A stretch of DNA of 64,000 nt from Diadema antillarum (lineage: Eukaryota), in NCBI RefSeq assembly GCF_040938485.1, contig NW_027272128.1:248001-312000 (forward strand), written 5' to 3'. Numbering within the stretch: position 1 is the first letter of the stretch; each line of letters opens with the position of its first letter. This document shows, piece by piece, positions 13,654 to 27,100 of this stretch. The position numbers were made by a program, and so were the translations under genes. A model generated the notes under the pieces. It had not been told where the DNA came from. It worked only from the letters and a program-made list of their open reading frames with translations, and did not search any database.

Positions 13654-14455
13654 CGCCAGATTTGATCCATTTGCAATTAAAACAGGTCGAGCAGTGTCCT
13701 AACCGGTCCTTCTGCGACAACGCTGGGAACAAACTTGCCATCAAGAGCCATGACGAGAGCGAGACAAACCCCCCGACATCCGCCACGTCACACCAGCTTT
13801 CCACAGCGCAAAGTTCCTCATCCCCTATCGGTCCATGAGACTGTCGAGCATGCATCTGCTTTGTTTATAGTTGCTCCGTTGTTTTATGGAGTTCTTTTTT
13901 AATCTTTAGATTTTGATTTCTTCATGAGAACGTTGATCTTGTTTTTATCATATCCGAGAGAAGTTCCCTTTACGTGGACTTACAAACTTCCGAGATTTTT
14001 TTTAAATGTGCTTTATATATTTGCCCTTTGTAAATTGCTGACGTTATGCAATTTTGCCTTTATGCTTTGATCTTTACGTCATTACCATAGAATGCTTATT
14101 TCTTGTGCTGCATAGACTTTTCGATTCCATGTTTAGTATATACATGTATTTTGGTATGGTCGGGTAGTCACTATACTCTACTGTTTAGGAGGGTTGAGGA
14201 AGCTCTGTTTATGTTATGTATTTTGTAATTTCTAAGATTTCTCATCTGTTCATGGTAGGCTTTTTGCCACGAGCAGTTTCACACATTGGTTTCCAATTTT
14301 TAGGAACTGAGAGAATCTTGACAAATAAACAAAATCATTGAAGTTCATAAGCATTCTGTCTGACGCATCATAATTGTAATAATTATAATCATCTCAGAAC
14401 TCACTGTATTTATGCATGAGTATGTGTGTATCTGTATATCTATGCATCCATGTAA

Positions 14456-14502
<47 letters not shown>

Positions 14503-14571
14503 GTGCGAGAGATAGTTCCCTGGGTCCCAAACGTGCGCGGTGCCTCATTGTTGGTTGCATATATAAAGTCT

Positions 14572-14822
14572 NNNNNNNNNNNNNNNNNNNNNNNNNNNNN
14601 NNNNNNNNNNNNNNNNNNNNNNNNNNNNNNNNNNNNNNNNNNNNNNNNNNNNNNNNNNNNNNNNNNNNNNNNNNNNNNNNNNNNNNNNNNNNNNNNNNNN
14701 NNNNNNNNNNNNNNNNNNNNNNNNNNNNNNNNNNNNNNNNNNNNNNNNNNNNNNNNNNNNNNNNNNNNNNNNNNNNNNNNNNNNNNNNNNNNNNNNNNNN
14801 NNNNNNNNNNNNNNNNNNNNNN
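14572..14822. other. Assembly gap
   Basis: Run of N about 75 nt after a (TA)n microsatellite (about 14460-14497). Confidence 0.99.
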
Positions 14823-15328
14823 GTAAGGACCTAAAAACCCGGAATATATAGCAATTATTCATATACATGTACACACACAAGTGTAACTATACATAGTTCT
14901 ACTCAAATACATTAGTCATACAATAGGCTCATCCATTGTTTCATACATCATAATTTATTACAAGAGTTTGAATTATCAAAAACTGAAATGTGGAGCATGA
15001 TTTATCACTGGAACATTACCTATGCCATTATCAGAACACAACATGGAAAGGATGGCAGCTACTGCTGATGGTCTGTCATGGAATTTTTGATAATGGAATT
15101 GTGATTTATCACCCTGAGACAAATAGTCCAGAGCACACAATTTCTCATTGTACCACTGTGTAAAGATAAAGGCAACTACATGAGGCTTGTCCAATATTCC
15201 ATGCATCGTCTCTCAATTGATTACACCACCCATGGCAGACTCCACAGTTGTCAAGGTGACAGGACATTCTGACGAGGCTGGAGACCACACCCTGTTCTAA
15301 TAACAGGGTCTATCTATGCATCTATGCA

Positions 15329-18300
15329 TCATCGATACAGTCCTGTTAGCTTTTCACTCGTCTCCCAGAGTTTGCGAGCAATCCCATCATCCCTTGCCCT
15401 AGCAGAGGGCACGACGGCTCGACAGTTGTCAAAGTAACAGCCAGAGAGGTCTTTGACATCATCCGAGACGGCAAGGTAGAGAGATGTCTGAGCTCCAACC
15501 TCCGGATCCTGCAAGGAGAAGGAATGACAGACATCACTCTTTACATCCCATAGCATTTTTGTTGCAACATACTTAGCTATGTATTACCAAAAGGTATGTT
15601 GACATTTAGTGAATTCCTCCCTTACCTTGGCCCTAATAAAAATTAGGGCCAAGGTACAAACATTGTCATACATTAAATCATACAGTGCCGGTGAGGAGCT
15701 TTATCTCATCTCTATACCTAATTGTTAGGGTCAGAAACACTGCTGAGTGACAAACAGAGCACAGTTATCAATAAGATATGGTTGGGAATAGTAGTTCTAA
15801 CACACAAAATTCCCTACTATCAAGCCTGTTATCGAGGAAGGTCCTGTTTTATCTTCTTACATTGTTAGAGAGTACCATCAAGAACCTGATACTGTAAAAC
15901 ATAATATATTCGCGGCACGAAATTTTCGCGAATTGGAGCCGACGGCCTTTTCCGTGGCACGAAATTTTTGCGAATTGCCACTGGCGTTCAATGCATATAG
16001 TGTAGACAAGAAATTTCGCGTGCATTTTAATTTTGCGAATCTTGGCGCTCGCGAAATTCGCGAAATTGAAATGCACGCGAACATTCCTCGTTTTACAGTA
16101 TGTACATTAGGGGTATGTGCTCTCATTTTAACATTTTCAAAAATTTAAAGATATTGGATCAACTCGAATGCAGGACGTTTGGTAGGCCAGCAGATAGTGG
16201 TATACAGCTTCAGTATCTGTAGACAAACTATATCTTTGGAGTCAAAAGGGGCCTGAGCTTTCGATCCTAGCAGAATCTTCGTCAGAGGCAAAATGACAAA
16301 CAGGCAGGGAAAGCAATCACATATAAGGACTTCACACAACAAGAACAGACAGGGACAGGCTGGGTACACAAAACAAAGAAAACAAAGGAGAGGGTGGGAA
16401 GTCATGGGCAAGGAGCCCAACAGGTAAAGGGAGGGGGATTAGAGCGAGCAGGAGGGTGGACAGACAAAAGGCAGAGCAGAGCGGACAGACAAAAGGCGGA
16501 GGAGGGTCAGTAATGATCATGAGGATCAAGGAGGCAACCATTGAAGGAAAGGATGAATAGGGAGGCAACATCAAAGAAGATAAGGAACACCAGAAGGATA
16601 TGGAAAGGGAAAGAGTGAAAAAAGCAACAGCAAGGGAAGGGGGGGGGGGGGGGGCTGAACAAACAGGGAGCCCTAAAGGTGTACCAGGAGGAGGCAACAA
16701 AAGGAAGTAATCAAACATATCAAAGTATATACACATATAGTAATGGCAAAAGTGACAATGGAATAACAGTAATGAAAAAAATAATTAATATATATATATA
16801 TATACAGATAGATAGATAAAAGAAATAAAATAAAGCACATGTGAAAACTAGGGGAGAGAAAATTGTATACATGTATGTAGATAAGCAGGCAGGGCAAAAT
16901 AAGCACAAGTATGTATAAACAAACAAACCTAGTGTGTGTATGTGTAGGCGGAAAAGGCTGTATAAAAAAGACTCGGGCTATAGGAAGGAATAAATTGGGG
17001 AAAAAAGGATCTGCAAATGAAAAAAGCGCAAAGAAAGAAAAAAATGAAATTAAAAAATGAAAAAGAGAAAAAAATAATAATGGTGGTAATAATAATGAAA
17101 AAATAAAGGTGGTTAGTCATTTCCCTCCTGGATGTTGAGGCCATGGGGTTGGATGGTGTGAAGTCGTCTCATCCAGAGCTTCTCTCTGCTGGTTCTGACT
17201 GTGTCTGGACGAGTGCCTAAAGATTCAATGCCCTGTAGAGTCATATCAGTGATGGAATGATCGGGTAGATTGAAATGGTGGCCCACTGGAGTGTCGAGCT
17301 TGGCTGTGTTGACAGTAGATCTGTGTCCATAGAAGCGTCTTTTGAGTGTAGTCTTGGTTTCCCCAACATACTGGATTCTACAAACTCTGCAAGTGATGAG
17401 ATACACAACATTAGTGGTAGTACAAGTGATGTTTCCCTTTGTGTGGTGTGAGAGGCCGGTAGAGTTGCTGGTGAAAGAGTCACTCTCATGGATGTGTATG
17501 CTACAAATGATGCACCTACTGGCTGAACATTTGAATGTGCCATGCTGTAAAGGAGAAGAATTGTCAGTGAGGGAGGGTACTTCAGCACGGACGATGAGAT
17601 CCTTAAGGTTGTGGGGGCGTCGGTATGCCAGGATGGGAGTATCTGGGACGGCCTGTAAGAGACGATCAGAGGTGTGAAGGATATGGTGATTATCACGAAG
17701 GATATTGTGGAGAGAGGGTAGATTGGGATGGAAAGTGGTCACAAGGGGTATTCTGTCAGTGATGTCCTGCTTGTTGGTTTTCGGTTTGAGAACTTCAGAT
17801 CTGGGGAGAGAACGAACTTTGTTGATGGCTTGTTGAATTCTCCTGGTACCATAGCCCCTGGCTGCGAGATGTCTCTTCAGGTTCCTGGCATGGAAAGAAA
17901 ACTCAGAATCCTCAGAGCAGATACGGCGAAGTCTGAGGGCTTGACTGTAAGGGATACTGGTTTTGCAGTGGCGGGGGTGGCAGCTGGCTGAGTGGAGGTA
18001 TATCTTTGCGAGGCAATACAAAGTAGGGTGATCACTCCCTTACTTTGCTGGCATGATGCCAAATGAAAGATGCCAGAGACATTCTGGTGTCCATAAATAG
18101 TCTATGAATAAAATGCTATGCCACATTGAGATAATTATGTGGGAAGTCCCTTCAACTTGTAATCAACACATTTCAATTTAATTCACACTGTCATCTTTAG
18201 GGCAGAGACACATAACTGAAAGCCATCGACTCCATGACTGTAGTTTTGAGCACAAATAGATCGAACTGATCATGCCAACAAACTTGCTTTTTATCTGTCA

Positions 18301-21300
18301 AGTTTGTATGAAATTAGACGAGATGTAACAACTCCATAAAATGCCTCATTATATCCAGCTTCCTCTTACCTTCCAGAAGAGAGAGCCAAAGATGAAAGAT
18401 ATAAGCTTGAGTTCTGGCCTGTAGCTTAGCAATGAAGTCCTCACAGTGCCAGGGTGAAGGCAGTTTGCAGTTACTCCTGAAAGGAATGTGTACAGTTAGC
18501 CCATAAGCTTTGGTAAACAGAGCACACTTCTTACTTTCTGCTGTACAGCTACTAGTATTGCCTTGAACATCAAACTTCTCTTCAATTGTCTTCCTTCTCA
18601 AATGATAAAGTTCACCATTGTTTGAAATATCTGAGCATGTGGTTCCATTTCAGATCAGGTATAAATATCTATGAAAGAATGAGACACTAAATTCATAAAA
18701 TCCTCAACTATGGTATGAATTGCACAATGATGTATGGCTTAGCATGGCACATAAATTACCATATGATGAAGCTGCATTAATTCTCGCAAACCTTAACAGA
18801 TTTATCATTCTACCACAACAATCCTCATCATAGGGAATGCACATTTGCAATGTCATCCACACCACATTACTGAAGAACCATACATAGTAAGTGAAACTGT
18901 CAGGTATGCTAAAATGCTTGCTCTGTTTTAAATTTAGCTTTGTTGATTCGCTTCGGATTAATTATTCAGTCCATGATCAAGTACCATAAAGTCAACCTTA
19001 CATCCATTCAGCACACCTCCCCCCCCCCCCCCCCCCCCAAGGGAAAAAAGAAAATCATGACAACAGCTCTGTAGGCATAACCTTCGTCACTGGGGGGCAC
19101 CTACACCAAACACCGTGTTCAGAACATCAGAGTAGAGCTTGCAATCTGGGAAAGGCATTTTGACGATGGAACAATGAAACAGAGAAAGTTACCTGTGCCC
19201 TCAAGACGCTTGCTGAGCTCTCTGGTAAACAGGATGTTGGCTAGCTTTGTGTGGCCATAAAGCGAGTAGCTGCTATAGCTCCTCTCGGCACACAGATTAT
19301 CAAACTCGATGCGTCCCATGGCATATACCACAGAGCTGACATTGATGATGCGACTTGGAGCAGACTTCTGTAAGAGTTCTAAAGGCAGGAAAGGCAATCA
19401 TTAAGTGATGCAACATCCCTTGAAGTATTTTCAAAAGAATAAAATCTGAAACTTTGAATTACATTTAAAAAAAATCAATCTGGAGAATCATTCACACTTC
19501 ATCATCCAGCTAAAAGTATACAGTATAAGAATCTTGTCAAGTGCTGAAATGATATATTTCAAACAAATACATACACTTATAACTACCCGTGGTACATAAA
19601 TTGATTACATTCCTTCTCTACTAATCCCCCCCCCCTGAAATAAGTTGTATTGATCAAAAGAGCTGAAATTGAAGTTCAAATCACATATTCACAAACAAAC
19701 TTCCACATTGCATGACACAAAATGTGAGCCTTGTTGAATTAAGAATGTCCAAAGATTAACAAGAAAGAACTGGATGTTTCTGTATCCATCAATGACATTG
19801 ATAAACTGCACATGGTATGATTTAATCACAACATTGTCCATTCCTATTACTGTAAGGGAATCCTCTTCTTCTAGGAGCCACATTATAAATATGCTAAATA
19901 TTTACCTAGGAGGAGATTGGTCAGCAAAAATGGGCCAAAGTGATTTGTTGCATAGGTCATCTCTAAATGATCTTCTGTGATGGTCTTCTTGGCTGGTGCT
20001 AGAAGAAGAACATTGAGAAAAATGTTGAACAAAAGCCATTTATCTCAACCAGACCAAGCATACATATTACTGTATGAGGAGTGGGAATCGTTTGTAAGTA
20101 CAGTGTACTTATGTGTGTACAATACCAGAGTTGCACCTGATATGAACTTACAACACACTGAGAATCACAAACACTGACAGCGTGGCCTAAATTCTGTCAT
20201 ATACACAAGTAACTATGCCCTGATTGTTTCACATAAGATCTTCTTGGATTACTGATAACTAGGTGGGGTTTTTTTTGGGTATTAACTTTTCAATTACACA
20301 GATATTGCCTGCAAGTTCGTGTCAATGATTCTCACTGTACTCATTTACTTACGGTAACATAGAAGTAGTAGTATTGCGTAGTTTCTGTTAGACAAGAGAC
20401 AGGCTTGTGAATCTTGGTTACCTTTTGCTTGATTTTGAACACGTGATAAAAAAACAAAAACTTTATATTGCTCGGCGTCACACTATTTGTAACCCAATAC
20501 GAGTTTGATGCAATCTATTCCTGGCATGCACAATACAACACTCCTGTCTTGCTCTCAGGGATATTATTTTAGAACATGCATGGGACAAAGCATCTCCTAC
20601 CCAGAATGCCTGCATTGTTGATTAAGACATGCAATGCCGATTCTTCCTCTTTCAGCTCCTTTGCAAAGGAGCGCACTGATGCGAGGGATGACAGGTCAAG
20701 CTTCTTCACACGGACGTCCTTGTTCCCTGTAGCAGCGATAATCTCGTCTACGGCAGCACGACCCTTTTCCACATTACGGCAGGCGATGATGACTCTGGCC
20801 TTCTTCCGTGCAAGAAGTTTGGCGGTGGCTTTGCCAATACCTGTTGAGATAAAAAAAGGATGAGTTTTGAGGACCATATCTTCTTCCAAGCATGATTTAG
20901 CACATGGTCTGATTAACACACACTGTGAATAATCGTCGATTCAGAACATCCTACACACATCAAAGTGCACCAAAAAGGTGGCAGCTATTTATTATGTGGG
21001 GGATGGGGGGTCCCACAACTGTTCTCCAACTACAATATGATTATAAAGTTGAAGGAAAAGTTTTCTCATTGACTCTGCAAAAACAACAATGGACATACTT
21101 ACTCCCCTCATACATCTTCAATCCAAAGATATTCCAGGCCAGGCCTGGGAATTCTTTCTCTTCAATTTTGATGTTTTTGGTAAATGCAAGCCACATGACA
21201 AAGAGGCCAAGTCTGCCAAACCAACAGGATGTCTTCTCCAATACTAACTGCGACTGTGCGAAGCAAACACAGTATAACTGTGTTACGGAGCACCCCGGGG

Positions 21301-22120
21301 TTACTCCAATACTATAGTACCTCATATTCTACCTGCGACCAGCCCGAACGAAAACCGTATGAAGGAGCGCCCCAGGGTTACTCGTATTCAAGCCCCTTCC
21401 TTACAATACATTCTGATTTGTACATCATACTTTACAGAATCTAACATGGTGTTGCAATAATTCACTTTCGTCTTGAATTAATGGTATTTTAATGTGCAGA
21501 CAGCACAGTCGCTATCGGCTTCCTGTAAGTGTAACCTCTGTGTCATACGCAATCGGGTACGAGAGAGCCGGAGTAGATCACTGTGCACGCCGCCGGGTTG
21601 ATTGAGCTATACTAATACCCGTAATAGCCAGGCTCCCCCCTCCCCCCCCCCCCCAAAAAAAAAAAAAACAACAACAACAACACACAAACAAACGACAACA
21701 ACAACAGCAACAACAACAACAACCAACAACAACAACAACAACTTTCTAACATTCCCGCCATATATTATGAGTAAACTGCGTGGTTTATGACAACACTGCA
21801 TCTACTACACTGTCATAACACAACGCAGTTCAGTGTTGTGTCTTGTGATTTTAGGAGGTAGGAGGGCTTGCTCCTTCGCCAGGACGTGGACCCTCGGCCT
21901 CGCCCTCGGCCCTCTCACAGGCAGCAGCTGAGCGGGCAGTATCGGCGGGGCAAACGGACAACTCACCGTTGCTTCCTCCAGTGATTAGCACTGTCTTTCC
22001 TTCCATGCTGTACCTCTCCACATCTGCAAATCTTTGCGTTACCCTGATGAAAAGTCTGACTGCCGAAACGATAATCGCTGAGATGACGAATAAAAGGAGT
22101 ACAAGCTCCAGGACAGTCAT
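15329..22120 (-). CDS. Retinol dehydrogenase 11/12/13/14-like short-chain dehydrogenase/reductase (319 aa)
   Basis: Exons 22120-21967, 20840-20601, 19998-19906, 19378-19193, 18476-18370, 15508-15329 total 960 nt in one frame. Motifs: N-terminal hydrophobic anchor (LELVLLLFVISAIIVSAV), TGGSNGIG cofactor motif, NNAG, NVSS, catalytic YGHTK, LHPGTVRT, GAQTSLYLAV...YF. The exact orthologue cannot be assigned by eye. Confidence 0.92.
15892..16098. mobile_element. TA-flanked MITE with internal TTCGCG repeats
   Basis: TA|CTGTAAAAC ... GTTTTACAG|TA. Degenerate relatives at about 25870-25990, 26225-26270 and 38030-38230. Confidence 0.7.
16251..16289 (-). ncRNA. Minimal type I hammerhead ribozyme
   Basis: The minus strand reads GCCU CUGACGA A GAUUC UGCUA GGAUC GAAA GC UC^AGGC. 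Stem I is GCCU/AGGC, the core is CUGANGA, stem II is GAUUC/GGAUC, then GAAA, a palindromic AGCU stem III and a UC cleavage site. Confidence 0.82.
17113..18003 (-). CDS. Penelope-like element ORF fragment: RT thumb plus GIY-YIG endonuclease
   Basis: YLHSASCHPRHCKTSIPYSQALRLRRICS (RT C-terminus); FKCSASRCIICSIH (Cys linker); VVYLITCRVCRIQYVGET...RRFYGH...REKLW...HGLN (GIY-YIG). About 297 uninterrupted codons. Confidence 0.9.
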   Translation of the reverse strand: MYLHSASCHPRHCKTSIPYSQALRLRRICSEDSEFSFHARNLKRHLAARGYGTRRIQQAINKVRSLPRSEVLKPKTNKQDITDRIPLVTTFHPNLPSLHNILRDNHHILHTSDRLLQAVPDTPILAYRRPHNLKDLIVRAEVPSLTDNSSPLQHGTFKCSASRCIICSIHIHESDSFTSNSTGLSHHTKGNITCTTTNVVYLITCRVCRIQYVGETKTTLKRRFYGHRSTVNTAKLDTPVGHHFNLPDHSITDMTLQGIESLGTRPDTVRTSREKLWMRRLHTIQPHGLNIQEGND

Positions 22121-23334
22121 TTTAACAGGCGGGTTGTTAGGTTTTGTACAGTGTACCAAGCACATGCAGTAAATACTCGGAGATCGTACGATCCCTTCAT
22201 CAATGCACAGAATTTTGCTTCAATGTCGTGTCATCCTATACTATAATACTCGAAGTTGTTGTTGTTGTCGCGGCCTTATGTATTTCCTGTTTTATTTCGG
22301 CGTTGCTGGTTTCTCTATCTCCTCCCGAGCCGTCGGCTCCGGGCAGCTGCGACCGGTGCCGTCGGCCGCAGGAGAGTATCCTACATCGAATGGCGCGGGT
22401 TTCGTCCCCTCTCCGCCTCCGTGTCGACGTCGAGGACGAAAAAGAAAAATTAATTAGCTACATGCATAATGCATTTTCGTGCATGACGAAAGAGCCGAGC
22501 GTTTCAATATTCACGGAACCTGCGCTGGCCTCCTGCTTTCTCGATCTTCCATCTTTTAGCTTGCAGAGACACTGGGGGATACTAAAGATGATGGTGCAGC
22601 GAAATCTCTGACATCTTCCGGCGGACGCGCGCGCACACACACAATGTACCTCGCAGAACTCTATACACACTCTACACTGTGTGTATATAGTTCTGTGATG
22701 TACCTTTGCCTCCGCCTGTTACGTGTACTGAATGTATTGACGATGGTTACACGAATCTGTGTGTGCGTGATATGTACTACAAGGGCATTTACGTACAGTT
22801 CGCCATTATTGGCGTCCCCAAATGAAAACAACAAACGTTGGTTATGTAATTGTATTTTGCACAACTGCAGAATACTATAAATGCAGTTCAGGTACGTCAT
22901 TTAGTTTGCTCGCCGTTTGTTCTCAAGTCCGGTGTCATTGTACGCAGACTGTTTAGGACGCGGCTAAATATAGTTGCCGATCGTACCCTTACATATCAGA
23001 TTACACGCGCAGCTGTGTCTATTCGTTTACTGCAGAGCTGCTGTAATCATACATATTCATAAGATGAGCGGACGTAGAGGAAAACCTCGCTTTGCCGACC
23101 GCCTATTTTTAAAATTGCAAGTGGAAATAGAATGTGTGGTTCTATGGTCTATCAAACCAAGTTTTGGTGACAAAAAAGAGGGAGCAAATGAAGACGAATG
23201 CAGTGATGTATATATTCTTCTTTCTTCCATAACATGGGAAAAATATTAAAGAAAAAAATACGAGGTCGTGAGAACCAACTCACACGGGTGCCTATTAAAC
23301 CTGATGACTATGATCTCCCTCTCCCCAAATAACA

Positions 23335-23343
23335 ACAATGATG

Positions 23344-23374
<31 letters not shown>

Positions 23375-23410
23375 TAAGGATAATGATAATAATGATATAA
23401 TAATAACAAT
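23335..23410. repeat. (AAT)n-like microsatellite
   Basis: Imperfect AAT/GAT trinucleotide run. Confidence 0.85.
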
Positions 23411-24120
23411 AATAGGAGCAATAATTGTAGGCCTAATATTAATTATGATAATGTACAATCTGAAGCAGATGTAGTTCTATATTAATATGATACATCATGC
23501 CAAGTTTTGGTGATTAAAAACAAAAAGGAGGGAGCAAAATTATGAAGACGAAAATATCTTATTTTTCTCTCATAACGTGGGGAAAAGAAACATGACAAAA
23601 AAACCACAAAACAAACCGAGGCCTTGAGACCAGCCGTGGATTCCAGCGGGTGCCCGCGTGGATGCAAGAGCAGGGGGTAATCAAAGTCATAGTGTTAATA
23701 TCTTCCCGTTTCGACGGGAACAACCTGTGGGCAGAACTTTCGGGGAATCTCATTTGCGTTTTTGGTAATTTTTCCCTGAATGTTTTTGTTTTTTGCCCTG
23801 CGGAGGTGGAAATGTGTGTGTGCGTGAGGGGGGGGGGGGAGGGGTGAGGGGCAACAAGACAACTGTTGGACTTCAACGGGTGCAAATAACCCCTCGAAAC
23901 TCAAGTTCTATAATAAAAGCAAGTATAGTGGCGGGAATGATCCCTACCAATGGACCGGATCGCCTGGCAGAGAATACTACAAAAATGTATTATAAAATTT
24001 CTGGGAAGGGTGGTCATTTAGAAGACAGCACAATAACGAAAGAATGAGAAGACTTTTCTCTTTATTTCTTCAATAAAAATGTGCAAAATCGTATTATGAG
24101 AAAAAAATAAAACCCCTCAG

Positions 24121-24150
24121 ACCCGTGGATTTCCACGGGTGCTGCTAGTT
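24121..24150 (+). mobile_element. Helitron/Helentron-like 3' terminus
   Basis: Hairpin ACCCGTGG-ATTT-CCACGGGT followed by GCTG CTAG TT; a related degenerate palindrome lies at about 23631-23660. The 5' end was not identified. Confidence 0.45.
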
Positions 24151-27100
24151 ATCCACGAATGCTAAATGCTGGTCTTCTTCAAGACTCATAACGAATTTCG
24201 CAACGGTAGTCGCTTTTCGTGTTCGGGGACATGAAATTTGACGGCGATCGTGGGGGGGGGGGACTGAGTGGGGGACGCATTTCCCCCTCCCCCCCTTTTT
24301 TTTGGGGGGGGGCTTGTAAACTTGTTTTTTGGGTTTTTTTTTTTTGCATTTTCTAACGGTCATTGTACCTGTGTTCAAAAGATTACTCAGTAAACATCTG
24401 ATCGATTTTTTTTTGGTTTAAATTCACCTCCATAAACCCCTCTTACACGACGGAGTTTTTGCATTTTTAGAATTGAGATTGAACAGTGACTTTTTGTGGA
24501 ATGTTTGGAAAATTGTCAATCCCCAAAGTGAACCGAGTCCAAATGGAGGGGGACTTTTTGAACTTGTCGGAATTGAAGTGACAGATCTGATATGCACACT
24601 TTTCTATGAAATATTCGGAGATTTGTCAATTTCCCAAATGTATATGGAAGTGGACGTACCTAACAGGGTAGGGTGTGGGAGGGGGTAGTCCTATCTTACT
24701 TCCAAGAGAGGGAGATTTTGCATTTTCAGGGTTTAAAGAAAAAAATCAAGACAATTTACGGCATCCCGTGATCTTTCGGAAATCATTTTTGGGTCAAAAT
24801 GATATGTTTGCCCTCCCCCCAAATGTTTTCATGGGGGGGGGGGGGGGAACAACTGTCCTTTGACCTCCATAATCGATGCCTGTGCATAGTGACGAGGGGC
24901 TGTTACTTTTCTAGAATTCACTCACGAAAATATCTCGTTGACATATTTTTGATGGAATTTGGGAAATTGTCAATCCCTAAAAAAAGTGTATGATAAAATG
25001 GAGGGGAACTGGGAAAGGGATAATTGAAAGGGGATATTCTCTCCTATATACACCAGGGAACTTTTGCATTTTTTTAATTGAAGTGACAGATCTGGTGAAC
25101 ACTTGTATGGGAAAGGACCTAATGGGGGAGGGTGCGGGAGGGGTATATATCCCCCTCCCGTTGCACGCGAGGGAGATTTTGCATTTTCAGAATCGAAATT
25201 CAGCAATCTGGTGCACACTTTGGGTGAAATGTTTTGACAGTTCTCCATTTAAAAAACAAGAAATTTTCCACATCTGGGGAATTAAAGGGGCAAAATGGCA
25301 TATGTTTGCCCCCCCCCCCCCCCAATATTTTTCATGCCGGTCCCAGGATCGACACCCCTGTTCGTGTGAGAGGGGGATACCCCCTAATTTCTCACTTCCA
25401 CCCTCCGGTCCACCTTCATACTGTAAATTACCCACAAACACTCAAATGATCCTACGAAAGCTAGGGATTTCAGATCGAACGCGTTACAAAACATGTTACA
25501 AAATAAAATTCGTGGCGAACACTACCTTGTAATATTACTGAAGTTGAAAGCATCAAGCCTTATTCCGTATGTGCATCACGTCAGCGACACTATATGTCAA
25601 AAGACCAAATTGATTAATAAACTGATTTGGTTCGTATACTATATCAACCTATCGAAGGAAAATGACAACTTGTTGACGTCACAATGCAGAATTGGGTTGA
25701 TGAGAAAGTAATTTGGTTGGATTATAAAGAGAGATGAATAGCTTGACACCACAAAAAGTTCAGAATCATTTAACGCAATACTGTACTATCAGTCTATGAC
25801 AAACATGTTGACACGTGTAATACAAAAGCAGGGCCTCCATGTTGAATATTATTATGACAAAACAGGGTGACATTAAAGACGCATTCTATACACGCTGATA
25901 TTTTCGCGTTCATATATTTCCGCGAATGGCAGTTGATCGGACTACCATTTTCGCATTTCGTGATCTTCCCATTATGATAACTGAAAAAACAAAATAACAT
26001 ACCGGTAAACGTTCAAAAGATACTTTGTCTTATCAAACAAAGTGTTGTGTTAAAACATGGCTTGAAATGTTAAATCTCTCACAAAAAAAGGAATGTTATT
26101 CCACGGATTTAAAGAGAAATTGGTCTAATTGCAAGTATAGCGTTCAGCTTCAGCATGCGCAAAATATATATGCCATGCATGCGACAGATTATTATTTTCT
26201 TGATCAATTCATAGAGACCATATGAGAAATTCGCGAAAATAAAACCACCGCGAAAATTTAGCGTTTAGGTATGGCTTTATAAAGTATTATATAGATAGGT
26301 AGCATGGAAACGTTTTCACAGTTGGATTCCCTTTTTCTTTCCCATTATAAAGGAGACACTTATGCAGATAGAAGGACGCTTGAAATGTTAAATCTCTCAC
26401 AAAAAAAAAAAGGAATGTCATTCCTTTATTCCTAAAAAAGAATGTTTATCTATCACTTCTTCAAACAAATTTGCCTCATCAAAATATACAGGTCCGTAAC
26501 TAAGGGGTTGTTGTTTTGTTTGTTCGTTTTTCGTTTTTTGTTGGTTTCTTTGTTTCTTTGTTTGTTCTTGTTTTTTGGGGGGACCCTGCTAAGGTGAGCA
26601 TGGACAGCTTAAAAAACAGCTTTTTTCTTTATTCCTTATTATCAATTTTCAAAAACTTTGATACCCTCCCCCTTGCAAACTCTCCCCCTGCCGAGGCCTG
26701 TGCTTAAATATTATATATTTTTTTATTTAATAAGTCAATGAGAAAATCAAGCGATAATCAATTTGGGGGGGGGGGTTGTTTTAGTTTTTGTTTTGTTTTT
26801 CTCGCATCTTGAATAAATTCCCAACATATCGTTTTGCTTGTTTTCTTTTTATTTACAATTTTCAAAATATTAATCCACCAAAAGTGTCCACCAGATCGAT
26901 AATTTTCAATACTAAAAATGGGGAAAAACAACTCCCTCGTGTCGATGGGAGACCTCCTGGCCCACTCTTGTTATAGAGGTACACTTAGATTTTCAAATAA
27001 TTCGGTCAGTAATAAATGAGAAAGTAACGCAACAACTTAGAATATAGGGCCTAATTTATTTGGGGCTGTTATGCAATTCAAATAGATAATGAGGAAAAAT

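Larger units (their letters stand above)
16145..18003 (-). mobile_element. 5'-truncated Penelope-like retroelement (Neptune-like) in intron 5 of the RDH gene
   Basis: The ORF carries the RT C-terminal region, a Cys-rich linker and a GIY-YIG endonuclease. A pyrimidine-rich tail with a hammerhead motif follows. The boundaries are estimates. Confidence 0.88.

Noticed and set aside
17241-17991. ORFs 17241-17696, 17342-17677 and 17728-17991
   Set aside because: Alternative frames or antisense of the Penelope ORF, with no recognisable motifs.
22511-22552. Short upstream ORF (MEDRESRRPAQVP*) ahead of the RDH start
   Set aside because: The transcription start is unknown, so it cannot be shown to lie in the mRNA.
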